DNA from: Eledone cirrhosa
Taxonomy: Eukaryota
DNA: 64,000 bases
NCBI GenBank assembly: GCA_964016885.1
Contig: OZ024742.1
Coordinates: forward strand, 24,242,001-24,306,000
Reading direction: 5' to 3'
Below are positions 1 to 15,000 of the stretch, piece by piece. The position numbers and the translations under genes are program-made. Position 1 is the first letter of the stretch. Each line of letters opens with the position of its first letter. Under the pieces are notes generated by a model. It was not told the DNA's origin, searched no databases, and was given only the letters and a program-made list of their open reading frames with translations.

Positions 1-3000
1 ACTAGCACTACCACTTTACAGAGTCTAATGGGAGTATTTTATCATGACACTATCACTACCACTTTACAGAGTCTAATGGGAGTATTTTATCATAACACTA
101 GCACTACCACTTTATAGAGTCTAATGAGAGTATTTTATCATGACACTAGCACTACCACTTTATAGAGTCTAATGGGAGTATTTTATCATTACACTAGCAC
201 TACCACTTTATAGAGTCTAATGGGAGTATTTTATCATGACACTAGCACTACCACTTTACAGAGTCTAATGGGAGTATTTTATCATGACACTAACACTACC
301 ACTTTATAGAGTCTAATGGGAGTATTTTATCATGACACTAGCACTACCACTTTACAGAGTCTAATGGGAGTATTTTATCATGACACTATCACTACCACTT
401 TACAGAGTCTAATGGGAGTATTTTATCATAACACTAGCACTACCACTTTATAGAGTCTAATGAGAGTATTTTATCATGACACTAGCACTACCACTTTATA
501 GAGTCTAATGGGAGTATTTTAACATGACACTAGCACTACCACTTTACAGAGTCTAATGGGAGTATTTTATCATGACACTAGCACTACCACTTTACAGAGT
601 CTAATGGGAGTATTTTATCATGACACTATCACTACCACTTTACAGAGTCTAACGGGAGTATTTTATCATGACCCTAACACTACCACTTTACAGAGTCTAA
701 TGGGAGTATTTTATCATGACACTAGCACTACCGCTTTATAGAGTCTAATGGGAGTATTTTATCATGACAGTAGCACTACCACTTTACAGAGTCTAATGGG
801 AGTATTTTATCATGACACTAGCACTACCACTTTATAGAGTCTAATGGGAGTATTTTATCATAACACTAGCACTACCACTTTACAGAGTCTAATGTGAGTA
901 TTTTATCATGACACTAGCACTACCACTTTACAGAATCTAATGGGAGTATTTTATCATGACACTAACACTACCACTTTACAGAGTCTAATGGGAGTATTTT
1001 ATCATGACACTAGCACTACCACTTTCCAGAGTCTAATGGGAGTATTTTATCATGACACTAGCACTACCACTTTCCAGAGTCTAATGGGAGTATTTTATCA
1101 TGACACTAGCACTACCACTTTACAGAGTCTATTGGGAGTATTTTATCATGACACTAGCACTACCGCTTTATAGAGTCTAATGGGAGTATTTTATCATGAC
1201 ACTAGGACTACCACTTTACAGAGTCTAATGGGAGTATTTTATTATGACACTAACACTACCACTTTACAAAGTCTACTGGGAGTATTTTATCATGACACTA
1301 GCACTACCACTTTCCAGAGTCTAATGGAAGTATTTTATCATGACACTAGCACTACCACTTTACAGAGTCTAATGGGAGTATTTTATCATGACACTAGCAC
1401 TACCACTTTACAGAGTCTAATGGGAGTATTTTATCATGACACTAGCACTACCACTTTACAGAGTCTAATGGGAGTATTTTATCATGACACTAGCACTACC
1501 ACTTTACAGAGTCTATTGGGAGTATTTTATCATGACACTAGCACTACCACTTTATAGAGTCTAATGGGAGTATTTTATCATGACACTAGAACTTCCACTT
1601 CACAGAGTCTAATGGGAGTATTTTATCATGACACTAACACTACCACTTTACGGAGTCTAATGGGAGTATTTTATCATTACACTAGCACTACCACTTTCCA
1701 GAATCTAATGGGAGTATTTTATCATGACACTAACACTACCACTTTCCAGAGTCTAATGGGAGTATTTTATCATGACACTAGCACTACCACTTTACAGAGT
1801 CTAATGGGAGTATTTTATCATGACACTAGCACTACCACTTTATAGAGTCTAATTGGAGTATTTTATCATGACACTAGCACTACCACTTTACAGAGTCTAA
1901 TGGGAGTATTTTATCATGACACTAACACTACCACTTTATAGAGTCTAATGGGAGTATTTTATCATGACACTAGCACTACCACTTTACAGAGTCTAATGGG
2001 AGTATTTTATCATGACACTAGCACTACCACTTTATAGAGTCTAATGAGAGTATTTTATCATGACACTAGCACTACCACTTTACAGAGTCTAATGGGAGTA
2101 TTTTATCATGACCCTAAAACTACCACTTTACAGAGTCTAATGGGAGTATTTTATCATAACACTAGCACTACCACTTTACAGAGTCTAATGGGAGTATTTT
2201 ATCATGACACTAGCACTACCACTTTACAGAGTCTAATGGGAGTATTTTATCATGACACTAGCACTACCACTTTATAGAGTCTAATTGGAGTATTTTATCA
2301 TGACACTAGCACTACCACTTTACAGAGTCTAATGGGAGTATTTTATCATGACACTAACACTACCACTTTATAGAGTCTAATGGGAGTATTTTATCATGAC
2401 ACTAGCACTACCACTTTACAGATTCTAATGGGAGTATTTTATCATGACACTAGCACTACCACTTTCCAGAGTCTAATGGGAGTATTTTATCATGACACTA
2501 GCACTACCACTTTACAGAGTCTATTGGGAGTATTTTATCATGACACTAGCACTACCACTTTCCAGAGTCTAATGGGAGTATTTTATCATGACACTAGCAC
2601 TACCACTTTACAGAGTCTATTGGGAGTATTTTATCATGACACTAGCACTAACACTTTATAGAGTCTAATGGGAGTATTTTATCATGACACTAGCACTACC
2701 ACTTTACAGAGTCTAATGGGAGTATTTTATCATGACACTAACACTACCACTTTATAGAGTCTAATGGGAGTATTTTATCATTACACTAGCACTACCACTT
2801 TATAGAGTCTAATGGGAGTATTTTATCATGACACTAGCACTACCACTTTACAGAGTCTAATGGGAGTATTTTATCATGACACTAACACTACCACTTTATA
2901 GAGTCTAATGGGAGTATTTTATCATGACACTAGCACTACCACTTTACAGAGTCTAATGGGAGTATTTTATCATGACACTATCACTACCACTTTACAGAGT

Positions 3001-6000
3001 CTAATGGGAGTATTTTATCATAACACTAGCACTACCACTTTATAGAGTCTAATGAGAGTATTTTATCATGACACTAGCACTACCACTTTATAGAGTCTAA
3101 TGGGAGTATTTTATCATGACACTAGCACTACCACTTTACAGAGTCTAATGGGAGTATTTTATCATGACACTAGCACTACCACTTTACAGAGTCTAATGGG
3201 AGTATTTTATCATGACACTATCACTACCACTTTACAGAGTCTAACGGGAGTATTTTATCATGACCCTAACACTACCACTTTACAGAGTCTAATGGGAGTA
3301 TTTTATCATGACACTAGCACTACCGCTTTATAGAGTCTAATGGGAGTATTTTATCATGACAGTAGCACTACCACTTTACAGAGTCTAATGGGAGTATTTT
3401 ATCATGACACTAGCACTACCACTTTATAGAGTCTAATGGGAGTATTTTATCATGACACTAGCACTACCACTTTACAGAGTCTAATGTGAGTATTTTATCA
3501 TGACACTAGCACTACCACTTTACAGAATCTAATGGGAGTATTTTATCATGACACTAACACTACCACTTTACAGAGTCTAATGGGAGTATTTTATCATGAC
3601 ACTAGCACTACCACTTTCCAGAGTCTAATGGGAGTATTTTATCATGACACTAGCACTACCACTTTCCAGAGTCTAATGGGAGTATTTTATCATGACACTA
3701 GCACTACCACTTTACAGAGTCTATTGGGAGTATTTTATCATGACACTAGCACTACCACTTTATAGAGTCTAATGGGAGTATTTTATCATGACACTAGCAC
3801 TACCACTTTACAGAGTCTAATGGGAGTATTTTATTATGACACTAACACTACCACTTTACAGAGTCTAATGGGAGTATTTTATCATGACACTAGCACTACC
3901 ACTTTCCAGAGTCTAATGGGAGTATTTTATCATGACACTAGCACTACCACTTTACAGAGTCTAATGGGAGTATTTTATCATGACACTAGCACTACCACTT
4001 TACAGAGTCTAATGGGAGTATTTTATCATGACACTAGCACTACCACTTTACAGAGTCTAATGGGAGTATTTTATCATGACACTAGCACTACCACTTTACA
4101 GAGTCTATTGGGAGTATTTTATCATGACACTAGCACTACCACTTTATAGAGTCTAATGGGAGTATTTTATCATGACACTAGAACTTCCACTTCACAGAGT
4201 CTAATGGGAGTATTTTATCATGACACTAACACTACCACTTTACGGAGTCTAATGGGAGTATTTTATCATTACACTAGCACTACCACTTTCCAGAATCTAA
4301 TGGGAGTATTTTATCATGACACTAACACTACCACTTTCCAGAGTCTAATGGGAGTATTTTATCATGACACTAGCACTACCACTTTACAGAGTCTAATGGG
4401 AGTATTTTATCATGACACTAGCACTACCACTTTATAGAGTCTAATTGGAGTATTTTATCATGACACTAGCACTACAACTTTACAGAGTCTAATGGGAGTA
4501 TTTTATCATGACACTAACACTACCACTTTATAGAGTCTAATGGGAGTATTTTATCATGACACTAGCACTACCACTTTATAGAGTCTAATGAGAGTATTTT
4601 ATCATGACACTAGCACTACCACTTTACAGAGTCTAATGGGAGTATTTTATCATGACCCTAACACTACCACTTTACAGAGTCTAATGGGAGTATTTTATCA
4701 TAACACTAGCACTACCACTTTATAGAGTCTAATGAGAGTATTTTATCATGACACTAGCACTACCACTTTATAGAGTCTAATGGGAGTATTTTATCATGAC
4801 ACTAGCACTACCACTTTACAGAGTCTAATGGGAGTATTTTATCATGACACTAGCACTACCACTTTACAGAGTCTAATGGGAGTATTTTATCATGACACTA
4901 GCACTACCACTTTACAGAATCTAATGGGAGTATTTTATCATGACACTAACACTACCACTTTACAGATTCTAATGGGAGTATTTTATCATGACACTAGCAC
5001 TACCACTTTCCAGAGTCTAATGGGAGTATTTTATCATGACACTAGCACTACCACTTTACAGAGTCTATTGGGAGTATTTTATCATGACACTAGCACTACC
5101 ACTTTATAGAGTCTAATGGGAGTATTTTATCATGACACTAGCACTACCACTTTATAGAGTCTAATGGGAGTATTTTATCATGACAATAACACTACCACTT
5201 TACAGAGTCTAATGGGAGTATTTTATCATGACACTAGCACTACCACTTTCCAGAGTCTAATGGGAGTATTTTATCATGACACTAGAACTTCCACTTCACA
5301 GAGTCTAATGGGAGTATTTTATCATGACACTAAGACTACCACTTTACGGAGTCTAATGGGAGTATTTTATCATTACACTAGCACTACCACTTTCCAGAAT
5401 CTAATGGGAGTATTTTATCATGACACTAACACTACCACTTTACAGAGTCTAATGGGAGTATTTTATCATGACACTAGCACTACCACTTTACAGAGTCTAA
5501 TGGGAGTATTTTATCATGACACTAGCACTACCACTTTATAGAGTCTAATGGGAGTATTTTATCATGACACTAGCACTACCACTTTACCGAGTCTAATGGG
5601 AGTATTTTATCATTACACTAGCACTACCACTTTACGGAGTCTAATGGGAGTATTTTATCATGACACTAGCACTACCACTTTATAGAGTCTAATTGGAGTA
5701 TTTTATCATGACACTAGCACTACCACTTTACCGAGTCTAATGGGAGTATTTTATCATGACACTAACACTACCACTTTATAGAGTCTAATGGGAGTATTTT
5801 ATCATGACACTAGCACTACCACTTTACAGAGTCTAATGGGAGTATTTTATCATGACACTAGCACTACCACTTTACAGAGTCTAATGGGAGTATTTTATCA
5901 TAACACTAGCACTACCACTTTACAGAGTCTAATGGGAGTATTTTATCATAACACTAGCACTACCACTTTATAGAGTCTAATGAGAGTATTTTATCATGAC

Positions 6001-9000
6001 ACTAGCACTACCACTTTATAGAGTCTAATGGGAGTATTTTATCATGACACTAGCACTACCACTTTACAGATTCTAATGGGAGTATTTTATCATGACACTA
6101 GCACTACCACTTTACAGAGTCTAATGGGAGTATTTTATCATGACACTAGCACTACCACTTTACAGAATCTAATGGGAGTATTTTATCATGACACTAACAC
6201 TACCACTTTACAGATTCTAATGGGAGTATTTTATCATGACACTAGCACTACCACTTTACAGAGTCTAATGGGAGTATTTTATCATGACACTAGCACTACC
6301 ACTTTATAGAGTCTAATTGGAGTATTTTATCATGACACTAGCACTACCACTTTACAGAGTCTAATGGGAGTATTTTATCATGACACTAACACTACCACTT
6401 TATAGAGTCTAATGGGAGTATTTTATCATGACACTAGCACTACCACTTTACAGAGTCTAATGGGAGTATTTTATCATGACACTATCACTACCACTTTACA
6501 GAGTCCAATGGGAGTATTTTATCATGACACTAGCACTACCACTTTATAGAGTCTAATGAGAGTATTTTATCATGACACTAGCACTACCACTTTACAGAGT
6601 CTAATGGGAGTATTTTATCATGACCTTAACACTACCACTTTACAGAGTCTAATGGGAGTATTTTATCATAACACTAGCACTACCACTTTATAGAGTCTAA
6701 TGAGAGTATTTTATCATGACACTAGCACTACCACTTTATAGAGTCTAATGGGAGTATTTTATCATGACACTAGCACTACCACTTTACAGATTCTAATGGG
6801 AGTATTTTATCATGACACTAGCACTACCACTTTACAGAGTCTAATGGGAGTATTTTATCATGACACTAGCACTACCACTTTACAGAATCTAATGGGAGTA
6901 TTTTATCATGACACTAACACTACCACTTTACAGATTCTAATGGGAGTATTTTATCATGACACTAGCACTACCACTTTCCAGAGTCTAATGGGAGTATTTT
7001 ATCATGACACTAGCACTACCACTTTACAGAGTCTATTGGGAGTATTTTATCATGACACTAGCACTACCACTTTCCAGAGTCTAATGGGAGTATTTTATCA
7101 TGACACTAGCACTACCACTTTACAGAGTCTATTGGGAGTATTTTATCATGACACTAGCACTAACACTTTATAGAGTCTAATGGGAGTATTTTATCATGAC
7201 ACTAGCACTACCACTTTACAGAGTCTAATGGGAGTATTTTATCATGACACTAACACTACCACTTTATAGAGTCTAATGGGAGTATTTTATCATTACACTA
7301 GCACTACCACTTTATAGAGTCTAATGGGAGTATTTTATCATGACACTAGCACTACCACTTTACAGAGTCTAATGGGAGTATTTTATCATGACACTAACAC
7401 TACCACTTTATAGAGTCTAATGGGAGTATTTTATCATGACACTAGCACTACCACTTTACAGAGTCTAATGGGAGTATTTTATCATGACACTATCACTACC
7501 ACTTTACAGAGTCTAATGGGAGTATTTTATCATAACACTAGCACTACCACTTTATAGAGTCTAATGAGAGTATTTTATCATGACACTAGCACTACCACTT
7601 TATAGAGTCTAATGGGAGTATTTTATCATTACACTAGCACTACCACTTTATAGAGTCTAATGGGAGTATTTTATCATGACACTAGCACTACCACTTTACA
7701 GAGTCTAATGGGAGTATTTTATCATGACACTAACACTACCACTTTATAGAGTCTAATGGGAGTATTTTATCATGACACTAGCACTACCACTTTACAGAGT
7801 CTAATGGGAGTATTTTATCATGACACTATCACTACCACTTTACAGAGTCTAATGGGAGTATTTTATCATAACACTAGCACTACCACTTTATAGAGTCTAA
7901 TGAGAGTATTTTATCATGACACTAGCACTACCACTTTATAGAGTCTAATGGGAGTATTTTAACATGACACTAGCACTACCACTTTACAGAGTCTAATGGG
8001 AGTATTTTATCATGACACTAGCACTACCACTTTACAGAGTCTAATGGGAGTATTTTATCATGACACTATCACTACCACTTTACAGAGTCTAACGGGAGTA
8101 TTTTATCATGACCCTAACACTACCACTTTACAGAGTCTAATGGGAGTATTTTATCATGACACTAGCACTACCGCTTTATAGAGTCTAATGGGAGTATTTT
8201 ATCATGACAGTAGCACTACCACTTTACAGAGTCTAATGGGAGTATTTTATCATGACACTAGCACTACCACTTTATAGAGTCTAATGGGAGTATTTTATCA
8301 TAACACTAGCACTACCACTTTACAGAGTCTAATGTGAGTATTTTATCATGACACTAGCACTACCACTTTACAGAATCTAATGGGAGTATTTTATCATGAC
8401 ACTAACACTACCACTTTACAGAGTCTAATGGGAGTATTTTATCATGACACTAGCACTACCACTTTCCAGAGTCTAATGGGAGTATTTTATCATGACACTA
8501 GCACTACCACTTTCCAGAGTCTAATGGGAGTATTTTATCATGACACTAGCACTACCACTTTACAGAGTCTATTGGGAGTATTTTATCATGACACTAGCAC
8601 TACCGCTTTATAGAGTCTAATGGGAGTATTTTATCATGACACTAGCACTACCACTTTACAGAGTCTAATGGGAGTATTTTATTATGACACTAACACTACC
8701 ACTTTACAAAGTCTACTGGGAGTATTTTATCATGACACTAGCACTACCACTTTCCAGAGTCTAATGGAAGTATTTTATCATGACACTAGCACTACCACTT
8801 TACAGAGTCTAATGGGAGTATTTTATCATGACACTAGCACTACCACTTTACAGAGTCTAATGGGAGTATTTTATCATGACACTAGCACTACCACTTTACA
8901 GAGTCTAATGGGAGTATTTTATCATGACACTAGCACTACCACTTTACAGAGTCTATTGGGAGTATTTTATCATGACACTAGCACTACCACTTTATAGAGT

Positions 9001-12000
9001 CTAATGGGAGTATTTTATCATGACACTAGAACTTCCACTTCACAGAGTCTAATGGGAGTATTTTATCATGACACTAACACTACCACTTTACGGAGTCTAA
9101 TGGGAGTATTTTATCATTACACTAGCACTACCACTTTCCAGAATCTAATGGGAGTATTTTATCATGACACTAACACTACCACTTTCCAGAGTCTAATGGG
9201 AGTATTTTATCATGACACTAGCACTACCACTTTACAGAGTCTAATGGGAGTATTTTATCATGACACTAGCACTACCACTTTATAGAGTCTAATTGGAGTA
9301 TTTTATCATGACACTAGCACTACCACTTTACAGAGTCTAATGGGAGTATTTTATCATGACACTAACACTACCACTTTATAGAGTCTAATGGGAGTATTTT
9401 ATCATGACACTAGCACTACCACTTTACAGAGTCTAATGGGAGTATTTTATCATGACACTAGCACTACCACTTTATAGAGTCTAATGAGAGTATTTTATCA
9501 TGACACTAGCACTACCACTTTACAGAGTCTAATGGGAGTATTTTATCATGACCCTAAAACTACCACTTTACAGAGTCTAATGGGAGTATTTTATCATAAC
9601 ACTAGCACTACCACTTTACAGAGTCTAATGGGAGTATTTTATCATGACACTAGCACTACCACTTTACAGAGTCTAATGGGAGTATTTTATCATGACACTA
9701 GCACTACCACTTTATAGAGTCTAATTGGAGTATTTTATCATGACACTAGCACTACCACTTTACAGAGTCTAATGGGAGTATTTTATCATGACACTAACAC
9801 TACCACTTTATAGAGTCTAATGGGAGTATTTTATCATGACACTAGCACTACCACTTTACAGATTCTAATGGGAGTATTTTATCATGACACTAGCACTACC
9901 ACTTTCCAGAGTCTAATGGGAGTATTTTATCATGACACTAGCACTACCACTTTACAGAGTCTATTGGGAGTATTTTATCATGACACTAGCACTACCACTT
10001 TCCAGAGTCTAATGGGAGTATTTTATCATGACACTAGCACTACCACTTTACAGAGTCTATTGGGAGTATTTTATCATGACACTAGCACTAACACTTTATA
10101 GAGTCTAATGGGAGTATTTTATCATGACACTAGCACTACCACTTTACAGAGTCTAATGGGAGTATTTTATCATGACACTAACACTACCACTTTATAGAGT
10201 CTAATGGGAGTATTTTATCATTACACTAGCACTACCACTTTATAGAGTCTAATGGGAGTATTTTATCATGACACTAGCACTACCACTTTACAGAGTCTAA
10301 TGGGAGTATTTTATCATGACACTAACACTACCACTTTATAGAGTCTAATGGGAGTATTTTATCATGACACTAGCACTACCACTTTACAGAGTCTAATGGG
10401 AGTATTTTATCATGACACTATCACTACCACTTTACAGAGTCTAATGGGAGTATTTTATCATAACACTAGCACTACCACTTTATAGAGTCTAATGAGAGTA
10501 TTTTATCATGACACTAGCACTACCACTTTATAGAGTCTAATGGGAGTATTTTATCATGACACTAGCACTACCACTTTACAGAGTCTAATGGGAGTATTTT
10601 ATCATGACACTAGCACTACCACTTTACAGAGTCTAATGGGAGTATTTTATCATGACACTATCACTACCACTTTACAGAGTCTAACGGGAGTATTTTATCA
10701 TGACCCTAACACTACCACTTTACAGAGTCTAATGGGAGTATTTTATCATGACACTAGCACTACCGCTTTATAGAGTCTAATGGGAGTATTTTATCATGAC
10801 AGTAGCACTACCACTTTACAGAGTCTAATGGGAGTATTTTATCATGACACTAGCACTACCACTTTATAGAGTCTAATGGGAGTATTTTATCATGACACTA
10901 GCACTACCACTTTACAGAGTCTAATGTGAGTATTTTATCATGACACTAGCACTACCACTTTACAGAATCTAATGGGAGTATTTTATCATGACACTAACAC
11001 TACCACTTTACAGAGTCTAATGGGAGTATTTTATCATGACACTAGCACTACCACTTTCCAGAGTCTAATGGGAGTATTTTATCATGACACTAGCACTACC
11101 ACTTTCCAGAGTCTAATGGGAGTATTTTATCATGACACTAGCACTACCACTTTACAGAGTCTATTGGGAGTATTTTATCATGACACTAGCACTACCACTT
11201 TATAGAGTCTAATGGGAGTATTTTATCATGACACTAGCACTACCACTTTACAGAGTCTAATGGGAGTATTTTATTATGACACTAACACTACCACTTTACA
11301 GAGTCTAATGGGAGTATTTTATCATGACACTAGCACTACCACTTTCCAGAGTCTAATGGGAGTATTTTATCATGACACTAGCACTACCACTTTACAGAGT
11401 CTAATGGGAGTATTTTATCATGACACTAGCACTACCACTTTACAGAGTCTAATGGGAGTATTTTATCATGACACTAGCACTACCACTTTACAGAGTCTAA
11501 TGGGAGTATTTTATCATGACACTAGCACTACCACTTTACAGAGTCTATTGGGAGTATTTTATCATGACACTAGCACTACCACTTTATAGAGTCTAATGGG
11601 AGTATTTTATCATGACACTAGAACTTCCACTTCACAGAGTCTAATGGGAGTATTTTATCATGACACTAACACTACCACTTTACGGAGTCTAATGGGAGTA
11701 TTTTATCATTACACTAGCACTACCACTTTCCAGAATCTAATGGGAGTATTTTATCATGACACTAACACTACCACTTTCCAGAGTCTAATGGGAGTATTTT
11801 ATCATGACACTAGCACTACCACTTTACAGAGTCTAATGGGAGTATTTTATCATGACACTAGCACTACCACTTTATAGAGTCTAATTGGAGTATTTTATCA
11901 TGACACTAGCACTACAACTTTACAGAGTCTAATGGGAGTATTTTATCATGACACTAACACTACCACTTTATAGAGTCTAATGGGAGTATTTTATCATGAC

Positions 12001-15000
12001 ACTAGCACTACCACTTTATAGAGTCTAATGAGAGTATTTTATCATGACACTAGCACTACCACTTTACAGAGTCTAATGGGAGTATTTTATCATGACCCTA
12101 ACACTACCACTTTACAGAGTCTAATGGGAGTATTTTATCATAACACTAGCACTACCACTTTATAGAGTCTAATGAGAGTATTTTATCATGACACTAGCAC
12201 TACCACTTTATAGAGTCTAATGGGAGTATTTTATCATGACACTAGCACTACCACTTTACAGAGTCTAATGGGAGTATTTTATCATGACACTAGCACTACC
12301 ACTTTACAGAGTCTAATGGGAGTATTTTATCATGACACTAGCACTACCACTTTACAGAATCTAATGGGAGTATTTTATCATGACACTAACACTACCACTT
12401 TACAGATTCTAATGGGAGTATTTTATCATGACACTAGCACTACCACTTTCCAGAGTCTAATGGGAGTATTTTATCATGACACTAGCACTACCACTTTACA
12501 GAGTCTATTGGGAGTATTTTATCATGACACTAGCACTACCACTTTATAGAGTCTAATGGGAGTATTTTATCATGACACTAGCACTACCACTTTATAGAGT
12601 CTAATGGGAGTATTTTATCATGACAATAACACTACCACTTTACAGAGTCTAATGGGAGTATTTTATCATGACACTAGCACTACCACTTTCCAGAGTCTAA
12701 TGGGAGTATTTTATCATGACACTAGAACTTCCACTTCACAGAGTCTAATGGGAGTATTTTATCATGACACTAAGACTACCACTTTACGGAGTCTAATGGG
12801 AGTATTTTATCATTACACTAGCACTACCACTTTCCAGAATCTAATGGGAGTATTTTATCATGACACTAACACTACCACTTTACAGAGTCTAATGGGAGTA
12901 TTTTATCATGACACTAGCACTACCACTTTACAGAGTCTAATGGGAGTATTTTATCATGACACTAGCACTACCACTTTATAGAGTCTAATGGGAGTATTTT
13001 ATCATGACACTAGCACTACCACTTTACCGAGTCTAATGGGAGTATTTTATCATTACACTAGCACTACCACTTTACGGAGTCTAATGGGAGTATTTTATCA
13101 TGACACTAGCACTACCACTTTATAGAGTCTAATTGGAGTATTTTATCATGACACTAGCACTACCACTTTACCGAGTCTAATGGGAGTATTTTATCATGAC
13201 ACTAACACTACCACTTTATAGAGTCTAATGGGAGTATTTTATCATGACACTAGCACTACCACTTTACAGAGTCTAATGGGAGTATTTTATCATGACACTA
13301 GCACTACCACTTTACAGAGTCTAATGGGTGTATTTTATCATGACACTAGCACTACCTCTTTATAGAGTCTAATGAGAGTATTTTATCATGACACTAGCAC
13401 TACCACTTTACAGAGTCTAATGGGAGTATTTTATCATGACCCTAACACTACCACTTTACAGAGTCTAATGGGAGTATTTTATCATGACACTAGCACTACC
13501 ACTTTATAGAGTCTAATGGGAGTATTTTATCATGACACTAGCACTACCACTTTACAGAGTCTAATGGGAGTATTTTATCATGACACTAGCACTACCACTT
13601 TATAGAGTCTAATGGGAGTATTTTATCATGACACTAGCACTACCACTTTACGGAGTCTAATGGGAGTATTTTATCATGACACTAGCACTACCACTTTCCA
13701 GAATCTAATGAAAGTATTTTATCATGACACTAACACTACCACTTTACAGAGTCTAATGGGAGTATTTTATCATGACACTAGCACTACCACTTTCCAGAGT
13801 CTAATGGGAGTATTTTATCATGACACTAGCACTACCACTTTACAGAGTCTAATGGGAGTATTTTATAATGACACTAGCATTACCACTTTACAGAGTCTAT
13901 TGGGAGTATTTTATCATGACACTAGCACTACCACTTTATAGAGTCTAATGGGAGTATTTTATCATGACACTAGCACTACCACTTTACAGAGTCTAATGGG
14001 AGTATTTTATCATGACACTAGCACTACCAATTTACAGAGTCTAATGGGAGTATTTTATCATGACACTAGCACTACCACTTTACAGAGTCTAATGGGAGTA
14101 TTTTATCATGACACTAGCACTACCACTTTACAGAGTCTAATGGGTGTATTTTATCATGACACTAGCACTACCACTTTATAGAGTCTAATGGGAGTATTTT
14201 ATCATGACACTAACACTACCACTTTATAGAGTCTAATGGGAGTATTTTATAATGACACTAACACTACCACTTTACAGAGTCTAATGGGAGTATTTTATCA
14301 TGACACTAGCACTACCACTTTATAGAGTCTAATGGGAGTATTTTATCATGACACTAGCACTACCACTTTACAGAGTCTAATGGGAGTATTTTATCATGAC
14401 ACTAGCACTACCACTTTATAGAGTCTAATGGGAGTATTTTATCATGACACTAGCACTACCACTTTACGGAGTCTAATGGGAGTATTTTATCATGACACTA
14501 GCACTACCACTTTCCAGAATCTAATGAAAGTATTTTATCATGACACTAACACTACCACTTTACAGAGTCTAATGGGAGTATTTTATCATGACACTAGCAC
14601 TACCACTTTCCAGAGTCTAATGGGAGTATTTTATCATGACACTAGCACTACCACTTTACAGAGTCTAATGGGAGTATTTTATCATGACACTAGCATTACC
14701 ACTTTACAGAGTCTATTGGGAGTATTTTATCATGACACTAGCACTACCACTTTATAGAGTCTAATGGGAGTATTTTATCATGACACTAGCACTACCACTT
14801 TACAGAGTCTAATGGGAGTATTTTATCATGACACTAGCACTACCAATTTACAGAGTCTAATGGGAGTATTTTATCATGACACTAGCACTACCACTTTACA
14901 GAGTCTAATGGGAGTATTTTATCATGACACTAGCACTACCACTTTACAGAGTCTAATGGGTGTATTTTATCATGACACTAGCACTACCACTTTATAGAGT